From NCBI GenBank assembly GCA_030694005.1, contig JAUXZG010000224.1:1-43587 (forward strand): a DNA stretch of 43,587 bases, in the 5' to 3' direction. The notes beneath the pieces are model-generated. The model made no database searches. It saw only the letters and a program-made list of their open reading frames with translations, and had not been told where the DNA came from. This DNA is from Desulfobaccales bacterium. Lineage in GTDB: Bacteria; Desulfobacterota; Desulfobaccia; Desulfobaccales; 0-14-0-80-60-11. Below, piece by piece: positions 17,007 through 26,247 of the stretch (the stretch's first letter is position 1; every line of letters begins with the position of its first letter). Both the position numbers and the translations under genes were made by a program.

Positions 17007-18338
17007 GTGACTACCGCAAAAATGTTGGAAGAAAAAATTCTGTCACGTCGGGCCTTGATCGGCATCATCGGTCTGGGCTATGTCGGTCTGCCGATAGTCC
17101 TCCGCTTTGCTCAGCAGGGCTTTACCGTCCTTGGGTTTGATACCGACCCTCAAAAAGTAGCAGCCCTCAATTCTGGAAAATCCTATATCCAGCATATTCC
17201 CAGCGACCGGATCGCCGCGCTGCGCCCGCCGGCGTCGGTGGACCCAAAGTTTGAAGCCACCAGCGACCTGAGGCGCCTTAAGGAACCGGACGCCTTGCTG
17301 ATCTGCGTGCCAACCCCGCTCAACCGCCATCGGGAACCGGACCTTAACTACCTGGTGCAGACCACCAGAGACATTACCCAGACCTTAAGGGTGGGTCAAC
17401 TGGTTTCTTTAGAGTCCACCACCTACCCCGGCACTACCGAAGAGGTCATGTTGCCCCTGCTTAAGGCCACTAACTTGAAAGTAGGGGAAGATTTCTTCCT
17501 AATTTATTCGCCAGAGCGGGAGGACCCAGGCAATCCCACCTATAATGTTTTTAACATCCCTAAAGTGGTAGGGGGCATCACCGAAACGTGCTCCCGCCTG
17601 GGGGAGATCCTTTACGGCCAGATCGTGGAACAGGTGGTCCCGGTATCCTCCACCCAGGTAGCGGAGATGACCAAGCTCCTGGAAAACATCTACCGGGCAG
17701 TGAATATTGCCCTGGTAAATGAACTCAAGGTTCTGTGCCTGCGCATGAATATGGATATCAACGAAGTTATCAACGCGGCCAAGACCAAGCCTTTCGGATT
17801 CCAGGCTTTTTATCCCGGGCCGGGGTTAGGGGGGCATTGTATCCCCATAGATCCATTTTATTTGACCTGGAAAGCCCGGGAGTATGATTTCAGCACGCGC
17901 TTAATTGAACTGGCCGGCGAGATCAACACCCACATGCCTTATTTTGTCATCGAACGAACCGTCCAGGCCCTCAACGACCGCGGCCAGCCCATTAAAGGGA
18001 CCCGGGTATTGGTAATCGGCGTTGCTTATAAGAAAGATGTTGATGACTTGCGGGAATCCCCCAGTTTAAAACTGATTGACTTGTTGCTCCAGAGGGGGGC
18101 GCGGGTGGACTATCATGATCCTTATATTCCGGTAATGCCGCGCACCCGGCGCCATCAATTTGATATGCGGTCCGTACCCCTTACTCCAGAAAATCTGGCC
18201 ACCTATAGCGCCGTAATTATTGCCACCGACCATTCCTGTCTGGACTACCAAAGCCTAGCCACTCATGCTCCCTTAATCATAGACACCCGCTATGCTATCC
18301 CAGGCAGGAGCTATGCCGAGAAAGTGATAAGGGCCTGA
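17007..18338 (+). CDS. wbpA: UDP-N-acetylglucosamine 6-dehydrogenase (WbpA/WecC family)
   Basis: GLGYVGLP, LESTTYPGTT, SPEREDPGN, GPGLGGHCIPIDP, YKKDVDDLRESP; start GTG 17007 or ATG 17022. Confidence 0.88.
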   Translation: MTTAKMLEEKILSRRALIGIIGLGYVGLPIVLRFAQQGFTVLGFDTDPQKVAALNSGKSYIQHIPSDRIAALRPPASVDPKFEATSDLRRLKEPDALLICVPTPLNRHREPDLNYLVQTTRDITQTLRVGQLVSLESTTYPGTTEEVMLPLLKATNLKVGEDFFLIYSPEREDPGNPTYNVFNIPKVVGGITETCSRLGEILYGQIVEQVVPVSSTQVAEMTKLLENIYRAVNIALVNELKVLCLRMNMDINEVINAAKTKPFGFQAFYPGPGLGGHCIPIDPFYLTWKAREYDFSTRLIELAGEINTHMPYFVIERTVQALNDRGQPIKGTRVLVIGVAYKKDVDDLRESPSLKLIDLLLQRGARVDYHDPYIPVMPRTRRHQFDMRSVPLTPENLATYSAVIIATDHSCLDYQSLATHAPLIIDTRYAIPGRSYAEKVIRA

Positions 18339-18340
18339 TC

Positions 18341-18600
18341 ATCAAGACAGCCCCCAAACCGCGGGTCGGGATAGGGTCCATCCGCCAGGATCTCCTGGAA
18401 GTTTGCTTGATAAGGCATTTTGCCAGGGGCCTGTGGTGGTCCCAGCAAACCGCTTTGGCCGATGCTTCTAAGATTAGCGTCGGCGTCCAACTCTGCAACA
18501 AAATCTCAGAAGTCCTGGCTAACCTGGAAATTGACGCCGCCGTCAGGGCCGCTGGCGCCGGCCCTTGCGACGCTGGTTCAAAAGGCTCTGCGGATTAGGC
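18341..18600 (+). pseudogene. Possible decayed fragment of a Gfo/Idh/MocA (WbpB-like) oxidoreductase
   Basis: Broken frames give PRVGIG..., SEVLANLEIDAAV and LATLVQKAL, resembling the family N-terminus; lies where wbpB is expected. Confidence 0.3.
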
Positions 18601-18734
18601 TATTCGGCCTCTCAAAGCGAGGGAAGGGGTGCCGGCGGGCTTGAATTGAGCCCTCGGTGACAAGGCCACCTCAGTGGTTTAGGTTGGGGAAGGAATTAGG
18701 CGCGCTTATTATTCGTGCTAAAAGGAAATTAAAC

Positions 18735-19991
18735 ATGATTGTTGACGCGGTATATGATGAGGGCCTGATCAGATTAGCTCCAGAGATCCGCATTAAAGAA
18801 ACCAGGTTTCCGGTTAAGGTGATGATCCCCAATGAATTTCTGGTTTCCGAGCCCTCCCCGAAAACCAAGGAGACTATTGACTTCATTGACCTAAAAGCTC
18901 AACAACAGGCTATCCTCCCTTCCCTGTGCGAGCGCCTTCAACGAGTTTTGTCCCATGGGCAGTACATCATGGGTCCTGAAATCGGAGAGTTGGAGGACCG
19001 GCTAGCCGCCTATGTGGGAGTCAAACATGCCGTTTCCTGTTCGTCCGGCACCGATGCGCTGCTTATGACCCTGATGGCTTATGGAGTTGGACCTGGGGAC
19101 GCCGTCTTTACCACCCCCTTTACTTTCATTGCCACCGCCGAGGTCATCCAACTCTTGGGAGCCACGCCGGTCTTTGTGGATATTGACCCGCAAACTTTCA
19201 ACCTTGATCCGCAGGCCCTAACCGAGACCATCATTGGCCTCAGGAAAAATCCCCTTACCTCTTCTCTTAGACCTAAGGGGATCATCCCGGTTGACCTGTT
19301 CGGCCAGCCTGCAGACTACGATGGGATTAAGGCCACCGCCCAGGAGCACGGCCTGTTCGTCCTCGAAGATGCCGCCCAATCTTTTGGGGCTACCTATAAA
19401 GGGCGCCGGGCCTGCTCTCTAACTGAGGTCGCGGCCACCTCTTTCTTTCCCGCCAAACCCCTGGGATGCTACGGTGACGGGGGAGCTATTTTTACTGATG
19501 ACGATCAGCTGGCCGAGGTTCTAAAATCTATCCGCATACATGGTCAGGGAACCCATCGATACCTGAATGTGCGTCTCGGCCTTAACGGCCGCTTCGATAC
19601 CATACAAGCGGCTATTTTACTGGCTAAGCTGGAAGTCTTTGATAGGGAAGTCCTGGCCCGCCAGGAGGTGGCCCGGCGTTATAGTGAAGCCCTTAAGGGC
19701 GCGGTTGCAGTTCCCTATGTAGCCCCTCAATGCGCCTCGGTCTGGGCCCAGTATTCCGTACTCAGTGACCGGCGAGAGGTCCTGCAACAGAAACTGAAGG
19801 AGGCCGGAATTCCCACGGCAGTCTATTATCCCTTACCCCTTCATCTCCAAGACGCCTTCGCCCACTTGGGACATAAGCCAGGCGATTTTCCCATCAGTGA
19901 AGACGCGGCGGCGCGCATCTTCAGTTTGCCGATGCACCCATATCTAAGTGCCGCCCAGCAAGAGAGGATTATTGAGATATTACTGAGTTAA
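18735..19991 (+). CDS. DegT/DnrJ/EryC1 (WbpE-like) aminotransferase with ~47-aa N-terminal extension (418 aa)
   Basis: FIDLKAQ, SSGTDAL, TFIATAE, EDAAQSFG, SFFPAKPLGCYGDGG (PLP Lys); start ATG 18735 after AAGGA. Confidence 0.9.
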   Translation: MIVDAVYDEGLIRLAPEIRIKETRFPVKVMIPNEFLVSEPSPKTKETIDFIDLKAQQQAILPSLCERLQRVLSHGQYIMGPEIGELEDRLAAYVGVKHAVSCSSGTDALLMTLMAYGVGPGDAVFTTPFTFIATAEVIQLLGATPVFVDIDPQTFNLDPQALTETIIGLRKNPLTSSLRPKGIIPVDLFGQPADYDGIKATAQEHGLFVLEDAAQSFGATYKGRRACSLTEVAATSFFPAKPLGCYGDGGAIFTDDDQLAEVLKSIRIHGQGTHRYLNVRLGLNGRFDTIQAAILLAKLEVFDREVLARQEVARRYSEALKGAVAVPYVAPQCASVWAQYSVLSDRREVLQQKLKEAGIPTAVYYPLPLHLQDAFAHLGHKPGDFPISEDAAARIFSLPMHPYLSAAQQERIIEILLS

Positions 19992-20372
19992 GATCCTTGG
20001 AACATTTTGCCGGCTTCAACACTTAAGCCAATCTTTCCTTAGAAGCCCACCCCTCCCTGCAATGTCTCTCTTTCCTCCATATCCCGTCCTCTTGGCACAA
20101 AGACTTAATAATCAAATTCTGTGTCCGGAGAATCTGATTCACCTCAAAAATATTTGCTAGATTAATTTACCTCAGGTCGCCGCAAGAATTTATTCCAGGT
20201 GGCCGGGGTAATACGGGATTATTCTGGCCGGATAAGACCGCTGGGAGAGGGTGGTGGCGGTAAAAACCGAATTCTCTGAGCGCGCCGCCGCACAAAATCT
20301 TCTTAAAGATCTGCCGGCCGGCGGCAAACCTTAATCTCGGAGGGTCAGATGTTTGGAAGGGTATTGGGGCGG

Positions 20373-22283
20373 CTAGTCTTTCTTATCATCTAAGTATTGA
20401 TAATGTCTATAGTTTGGGATGATCAATCTAAACTTGTCTATCAGGCCCTGGCTGTCGCGATTGTCAACCAGGGCTTGGATGTCGCGCAGATGGGCCTCCC
20501 AGACCTCAATGTCTTCCTGAGGACCCATGGCGCAACTGAGCATGGGGTGCGCTGTGGGGCGAGGCTCTTCATCATCATTGAACAACTCCTCATAAAGTTT
20601 TTCCCCCGGTCGCAGGCCGGTGTAAATGATGGGAACGTCCTCGCCCGGAGTTCTGCGAGCCAGCATGATGAGTTTCTCAGCCAGCTCGCGGATTTTAACG
20701 AGGCGCCCCATTTTAAATACGAAAATGTCCCCCCCCTGCCCCATACAGGCTGCTTGGAGAACCAGCTGCACCGCTTCCGGAATAGTCATGAAAAACCGCT
20801 CAATCTCTGGGTGAGTTACGGTTAAGGGCCCCCCTTGGGCAAGTTGTTCCTTGAATATAGGGATAACACTGCCCGCACTTCCCAAAACGTTGCCAAAGCG
20901 CGTGGTCAGAAATCTGGTGGCGCTATGGTTATTAGAGGCCTGAACATATTTTTCGGCAATGCGTTTACTCACTCCCATAATGCTGGTGGGGTTAACGGCC
21001 TTGTCGGTGGAGATCATCACGAAACACTCGGAGGCGGCGGATAACGCGGCTTTCACCAATTTTCGGGTGCCCAGGATATTGTTATAAGCCGCCTCTACCG
21101 GGTAGCGCTCCATGAGCGGGACATGTTTGTAAGCCGCGGCATGGAAAATTACCTGGGGACGATAATGCTGGAACAAGATTTCCAGACCGGGACCATCGTT
21201 GATGCTGGCCACCAAAGCATGCAGGTCTAATTCCGGAAATCGCCGCCTTAAAGACATCTCGGTCTCGTAAAGGCTATTCTCTGCCCTTTCCAACAGCACC
21301 AGGGATCGAGGTTGATAATTGGCCACCTGCCGGCAGAGTTCAGAACCGATGGAACCGCCGCCGCCGGTAACCAGGATCACCCGATCCCTGATAAAATCTG
21401 CAATTTGCTCCCTCTCAATGTAAATGGGGGGACGGGCTAAGAGGTCCTCAAGCTCGATGTCCCGGGCATCGGCCAGACGGAAATGGCCCCCCAATACTTC
21501 GCTTATGGAGGGGATGATCTTGACCTTTACCTGCCAGCGTTTGCACTCCTCAATGATCTCGTTTAGTTGGTCCTGGGGAGCATCGGGCCAGGCAAAGATA
21601 ATCTCTTGAACCCGGTAACGATCTAATGCTTTGGCAATCTGTCGGAGGCCGATAATAGGGGTATCGTAAACCCGATAACCGCGGAACTGGGCATCAGGGT
21701 CTACCACTATGACGGGGAGAAAGGTGTTTCCGTGGCTTACCATCTCCCGCAGCAAAGGCTCCGTGGCTTCCATGGGGCCAACCAGCATGACTCGGAGGGC
21801 TCTGGGTTTTTCGGCCAGCAATTTGGCCCTTTCTCGAATATGCCGCACCATGAAGCGACAACCGCCGGTAAAGACCACCACCAAGAGCCAATCCAGGACA
21901 TAGATGGAACGGGGAATGGTCCCCAGGTAGCGACTAAAGAAAAAATCCATGATGGTCAGAAGGATGAGGCTCATCAAGGTGGCCCGCAGGATGTTTTGCA
22001 GGTCTGCGAAACTGACGTAGCGCCACAAGCCCCGGTAAAGATCGTGATATAGGAAAAGAAGTCCCTGAATTATCAGAACCATGGGTAGAGTTCTGATCAT
22101 GGTTCGGAAATGGGTCTGAGGGATTGAGCCTTCGAAGCGCAAGTAGTAAGAGCCCCAATAAGCCAGGGCCAGTAAACTTAACTGAAAGAACACCAAAAAT
22201 GGCCACCGGTGGGCCATAAAACGGTCCAGCCACCGTGCAAAAAGGGGATTCTTCCAAACCGAGGCCAAGGATCTGATTAACAT
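20373..22283 (-). CDS. Membrane-anchored UDP-GlcNAc 4,6-dehydratase (PglF/WbpM/CapD family, 636 aa)
   Basis: N-terminal TM helices, LYRGLWRY, IELEDLLAR, VTGGGGSIGSEL, HAAAYKHVP, STDKAVNPT, RFGNVLGS, GLRPGEKLYEEL. Confidence 0.93.
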   Translation of the reverse strand: MLIRSLASVWKNPLFARWLDRFMAHRWPFLVFFQLSLLALAYWGSYYLRFEGSIPQTHFRTMIRTLPMVLIIQGLLFLYHDLYRGLWRYVSFADLQNILRATLMSLILLTIMDFFFSRYLGTIPRSIYVLDWLLVVVFTGGCRFMVRHIRERAKLLAEKPRALRVMLVGPMEATEPLLREMVSHGNTFLPVIVVDPDAQFRGYRVYDTPIIGLRQIAKALDRYRVQEIIFAWPDAPQDQLNEIIEECKRWQVKVKIIPSISEVLGGHFRLADARDIELEDLLARPPIYIEREQIADFIRDRVILVTGGGGSIGSELCRQVANYQPRSLVLLERAENSLYETEMSLRRRFPELDLHALVASINDGPGLEILFQHYRPQVIFHAAAYKHVPLMERYPVEAAYNNILGTRKLVKAALSAASECFVMISTDKAVNPTSIMGVSKRIAEKYVQASNNHSATRFLTTRFGNVLGSAGSVIPIFKEQLAQGGPLTVTHPEIERFFMTIPEAVQLVLQAACMGQGGDIFVFKMGRLVKIRELAEKLIMLARRTPGEDVPIIYTGLRPGEKLYEELFNDDEEPRPTAHPMLSCAMGPQEDIEVWEAHLRDIQALVDNRDSQGLIDKFRLIIPNYRHYQYLDDKKD

Positions 22284-22492
22284 ATCGTCTCGTGCCTGTT
22301 TTTTTCGGCCTTTAGGTTGGTCCCCATCTGCTCCACCAGCATATAATTCACCGACAAACTGACCTCCCTTCGATAATTATACCAGGTTTTAGGTTAGACC
22401 AAGGGCTAATTGATGTTTCCCCGTTTCTTAAAGATGCGGTGCAAGGAGGGCCGGGAGTCACACCCCCTGGCCTTCCCCAAAAAGCCCCTGCC

Positions 22493-23284
22493 TCACTTCC
22501 GGGCTATGGCGCAGATGATTTCATAGGTCACGGGGATGAAGCCATTATACCCAAAACCGGATTCATAGGCAGCCATCAGGGCTTTAAACAGCCGGGGGGC
22601 AAAAGCCCGGGGCTGCGGATTAGTGGCTCCAGTGGCCTGGAGGCTTTTAAGAAAGTCCCTCACCGTAGGAAAGGTCACGGTTATTAGTTCCTGGGTCAGC
22701 CTGGTCTTATGGAATCCGGCCTGACTCAGGAGCCCGGCCCAGGACTGCTTGTCCAAAAAACCCTGGGCCGGGATTTCCGGTATCACTTTGAAGTTCAAAC
22801 CATTGGCCGCCTGCCTTAGAGAGGCCCCCAGCTCCTTAAAGGTCTGGGGACCCAAGGTTGAAAAGGCCAGCACCCCTCCCGGGGCAAGACTCTTAAAATA
22901 AACCGCTAAGGTAGCCGCCGGACGGGTAAGCCACTGGAAAACGGCATTGGCCATGATCAGATCGAAGCAGCCCCTGGCCCAGGTCTCGCCGTCCGCCACC
23001 AGCCAGGCCACTCCTGAGTCTGGCCCCAGACGGCGCCGGGCCGCGGCCACCAGGGCCACATCCAGGTCCAGGGCCACAACCTGGGCGGCAGTGTTTGCTT
23101 GCCGGAGCTGCCAGGTTAGACAGCCGGTGCCGCAGCCGATCTCCAGGATGCGGGCCACCCGGGGCACAAAATCCTCCGTCAACGCCATCAGCCTTTGCGC
23201 CATCAAACGCTGGGTGCCGGCATGCCTATCATAAGAAGCGGCCCGCCGGGCAAAATTCCGCCGAATACCTTGCTTGATCTCCAT
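22493..23284 (-). CDS. bioC: Malonyl-ACP O-methyltransferase (263 aa)
   Basis: FARRAASYD...Q, ILEIGCGTG, ANAVFQW, GPQTFKEL; in bio operon; start trimmed out of the repeat. Confidence 0.88.
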   Translation of the reverse strand: MEIKQGIRRNFARRAASYDRHAGTQRLMAQRLMALTEDFVPRVARILEIGCGTGCLTWQLRQANTAAQVVALDLDVALVAAARRRLGPDSGVAWLVADGETWARGCFDLIMANAVFQWLTRPAATLAVYFKSLAPGGVLAFSTLGPQTFKELGASLRQAANGLNFKVIPEIPAQGFLDKQSWAGLLSQAGFHKTRLTQELITVTFPTVRDFLKSLQATGATNPQPRAFAPRLFKALMAAYESGFGYNGFIPVTYEIICAIARK

Positions 23285-23301
23285 AAGGCCTTTAGGGGGG
23301 T

Positions 23302-23504
23302 CTTTGGGGAGGGGGCTAAGGGCCGGTGGGCCCACTTACTACCCTCCCCCAAACCCCCACCCCCAACCCCTTAAGATTCTGGTGCTGGGTAAGTCGGGGC
23401 CTCTGGCCCCGCCTTCCCTGGCTCCCTTAAAGGGGGTTGGGTGGGGAGTTTAAGGGGAGGGTGGGGGAACACTTACAAAAAATTCCCCCAGCCCTCCCCT
23501 CAAA
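23302..23504. repeat. Family A repeat, reverse orientation relative to 1-202; overlaps the bioH 3' end
   Basis: Reverse complement of the 28-nt core (1 mismatch) and the same module order as 1-202. Confidence 0.85.
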
Positions 23505-24187
23505 ATATCCTCCAAAATTTCATTAAAAGCCGCGGCCTGGGTCAAAAAGGGGAGGTGGCCGGCGCCCGGCAGAAGGTAAAGTCTGGACCCCGGGATCTGG
23601 TCGTGGAGAAACTGGGCCTGGGCCCGGGAAACGATGGCATCCTGGTCTCCCTGCACAATTACCGGCCTGCCGGCTACGCGGGAAAGATGGGGCCTGAGAT
23701 CCTGGCGGAGTAAATAATCCAAACCTGGCGCCAGATTCTCCGGACAGGTTCCCGTCTGAAAGTAGGCCAGGACTTCCGCCCGAAAGGCTTTCTCTCCCGG
23801 GGCCAGGCACCTGTCGGCAAACCTCGTCAGCACCCCCTGGGGGTCATCGTTGAGGCCCTGGCGCATGGCCCGCACCACTTTAGCCTGCTGCCCCCAGGGA
23901 TAATCCGGCCGCTGGCAGAAAACCGCCGCCACCCCCACCAGCACCAGACCACCCGGCGTGGCCGCCAAACCGGCCAGGGTCTCCAGCAGCAGCATGCCAC
24001 CCAGAGACCAGCCCACTAACACGCACTCCTCAAGAGGCAATCCTTGCAAATATGACGACAACCAACCGCGTTCCCATCTGGGAATGGTGGGGGCCAGGAC
24101 CTCAAGCAGACCCCCCCAGGCCGCCACCTGTCGTTGCCAGATGCGCCCCGGGGCACCCCAGCCGTGGAACAAAACCATAGTCTTCAT
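23450..24187 (-). CDS. bioH: Pimeloyl-ACP methyl ester esterase, BioH-like
   Basis: HGWG, GWSLGG nucleophile elbow, GDQD, GHLPF; ATGA overlap with bioF. Confidence 0.8.
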   Translation of the reverse strand: MKTMVLFHGWGAPGRIWQRQVAAWGGLLEVLAPTIPRWERGWLSSYLQGLPLEECVLVGWSLGGMLLLETLAGLAATPGGLVLVGVAAVFCQRPDYPWGQQAKVVRAMRQGLNDDPQGVLTRFADRCLAPGEKAFRAEVLAYFQTGTCPENLAPGLDYLLRQDLRPHLSRVAGRPVIVQGDQDAIVSRAQAQFLHDQIPGSRLYLLPGAGHLPFLTQAAAFNEILEDILRGGLGEFFVSVPPPSP

Positions 24188-25359
24188 GAGGCCAGGCCCA
24201 TTTGCCGGGCAACCTTAATGATAGTCTGGCGGGCCTGGGCCAGGTCCTCCGGAGAATGTGCCGCGGACAAAGAAAAGCGCACCCGGGCCTTCCCCGGCGG
24301 CACGGTGGGCGGCCTCAAGGCCACCGCCATCAGGCCCTGGTCTTTTAAGCGCGCCGCGAAATCCAGGGTCCGGCCATTATCTCCCACCAGGACCGGCACA
24401 ATCTGGGTCTCGCTTCTCAGGGTGTCCAAACCGGCCTTTTTGAGTCCCAGCCGGAAGCCCTCCGCTTCCTGGAGAAGATAGGCCCGGCGCTCCGGCTCCT
24501 TAAGCACGATTTCCAGGGCCTGGCCAATGGCCCCCAACACCGGCGGCGGCAGGGCGGTGGAATAGATGAACGACCGGGCCCGATTATGCAGGTAGTCAAT
24601 AAGCCGCCGCTCACCGGCCACATAGCCTCCCAGGGACCCGAGGGCCTTGGAAAAGGTGCCCATATGGATGTCCACCCGCTCCGTCAGCCCCAAGGCCTGA
24701 GCCAGCCCCGCACCCCGCTCTCCCAAAACCCCGGTGGCGTGGGCTTCATCGATCATCAACCAGGCCCCATAGCGCTCCTTTAGATTCACCAGGTCCGTCA
24801 AAAGGGCCAAATCCCCGTCCACGGAGAACACGGAGTCGCTGACAATAAGGCGCTTCTTGCCCCCCGGAGTTTTTTGTAAGAATTTCTCCAACCGGTCCAG
24901 GTCCCGGTGGGGAAAGCGCTGCAAGGTCGCCCCGGAAAGTTTAATCCCGTCCATGATGCTGGCATGGTTGAGTTTATCACTGAAAATGACATCCTTAGGC
25001 CCCATCAGGGCGGAGATCACCCCCAGATTGGCCATGTACCCGGTGCTGAAGATCACGGCGCTTTCGGTCCCTTTGAAAGTAGCTAGTTGAGCTTCCACCG
25101 CCTCATGCAAAGCCAGGTGGCCCACCACTAGGCGGGAAGCTCCGGCCCCTACCCCCCAACGGGACGCGGCCGCCTGCGCCGCGGCAATGAGGCGGGGGTC
25201 CTGGGCCAGACCCAGGTAATCATTGGCGGAAAGATTGAGCAACACCCGCCCGGCCACCCGCACCCGGCCCCCAGACAAGACCTCCTCCACCACCTGCAGC
25301 CGACGCCGCAAGGCCTGGGCCTCTAACACCGCCAATTCCTGAGCTAACTGTTCAAACAT
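24184..25359 (-). CDS. bioF: 8-amino-7-oxononanoate synthase
   Basis: SANDYLGL, GYMANLG, NHASIMDG, DEAHATG, GTFSKALG, RPPTVP. Confidence 0.96.
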   Translation of the reverse strand: MFEQLAQELAVLEAQALRRRLQVVEEVLSGGRVRVAGRVLLNLSANDYLGLAQDPRLIAAAQAAASRWGVGAGASRLVVGHLALHEAVEAQLATFKGTESAVIFSTGYMANLGVISALMGPKDVIFSDKLNHASIMDGIKLSGATLQRFPHRDLDRLEKFLQKTPGGKKRLIVSDSVFSVDGDLALLTDLVNLKERYGAWLMIDEAHATGVLGERGAGLAQALGLTERVDIHMGTFSKALGSLGGYVAGERRLIDYLHNRARSFIYSTALPPPVLGAIGQALEIVLKEPERRAYLLQEAEGFRLGLKKAGLDTLRSETQIVPVLVGDNGRTLDFAARLKDQGLMAVALRPPTVPPGKARVRFSLSAAHSPEDLAQARQTIIKVARQMGLAS

Positions 25360-25376
25360 AGTTGGATGGTGGATTT

Positions 25377-25421
25377 GTGGGGGGAGGGCCAGGGAGTTAA
25401 ACTCCCTGCCCCTCCCCCAAA
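25377..25421. repeat. Short family A hairpin
   Basis: GTGGGGGGAGGGCCAGGGAG-TTAAA-CTCCCTGCCCCTCCCCCA, near-identical to 36431-36474 and 1711-1754. Confidence 0.85.
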
Positions 25422-25422
25422 T

Positions 25423-26190
25423 CTATCTCTCAATCATACATTCCAAGAAGGCCCGGGCGGCGCAGGCCTGGGCCAGATTGCGGCAAACTCCGTCCATGGC
25501 GGCCAGGAAAGTTTGTTTTCCTGCGGGGCTTTCCAGGTCTGCCACTTCGGGGATCTTTCCCAGGACCGGCACTTCGGTGATGGCCTCAATCACCTCCGGG
25601 TTGGTCTCCTCGGCCAGGGAGGGCTTGTCAGGGTAGCGATTGAGGATGACTCCGGCCACCGGCAGCCCGTTTTGGCGCGCTGCCATGACCGTCAGGGCGG
25701 TGTGGTTGATGGTCCCCAGTCCGGCCCGGGCCACTACCAACAGGGGCAGACGCAACCAGGGAACCAGATTAAGGACCAGGAATCGGGTGCCGATTAACGG
25801 AACATAGAGTCCTCCTGCACCCTCCACTACCAGAAATTCATAGCGGCCGGCCAGTTCCCGGATAGCTGCGGCCACCTTTTCCAGGTCAACCTGCACCCCT
25901 TCCCGGGGGGCAGCCACTCCCGGGGCCAGAGGCAGCCTTAAGGCGATGGGGGTGAGCAACTCCAGAGGTTCCCTCAGGCCGGCCAATTCCTGGGCCAATC
26001 TGGCGTCGGTGGGGACCAGACGGCCATTTTCTTCCGGGCAGCCACTCTGGACGGGTTTAAAATAGACGGCTTTCAGGCCCCACTGCCGCAACACCGCGGT
26101 GAGTCCCGCGGCGATCCAGGTCTTGCCTACCCCGGTATCGGTGCCGGTGACAAAGACGCCTTTGAGTGGTGGTAGAGGCGGCAGTTCCAT
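25423..26190 (-). CDS. bioD: Dethiobiotin synthetase (255 aa)
   Basis: FVTGTDTGVGKT, FKPVQSG, VEGAGG, LGTINH; SD AGGAGG before ATG 26190. Confidence 0.95.
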   Translation of the reverse strand: MELPPLPPLKGVFVTGTDTGVGKTWIAAGLTAVLRQWGLKAVYFKPVQSGCPEENGRLVPTDARLAQELAGLREPLELLTPIALRLPLAPGVAAPREGVQVDLEKVAAAIRELAGRYEFLVVEGAGGLYVPLIGTRFLVLNLVPWLRLPLLVVARAGLGTINHTALTVMAARQNGLPVAGVILNRYPDKPSLAEETNPEVIEAITEVPVLGKIPEVADLESPAGKQTFLAAMDGVCRNLAQACAARAFLECMIER

Positions 26191-26247
26191 ATTTCCTCCT
26201 GTGGGGTGGGGGCAAGCCCGCATAGCTAAGCTGCCCGGGGCCCCCCG

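Noticed and set aside
5850-22400. attR duplicate of the tRNA-Arg 3' end and an integrase gene
   Set aside because: Neither was found by eye, so the island idea stays an inference and is not listed as a feature
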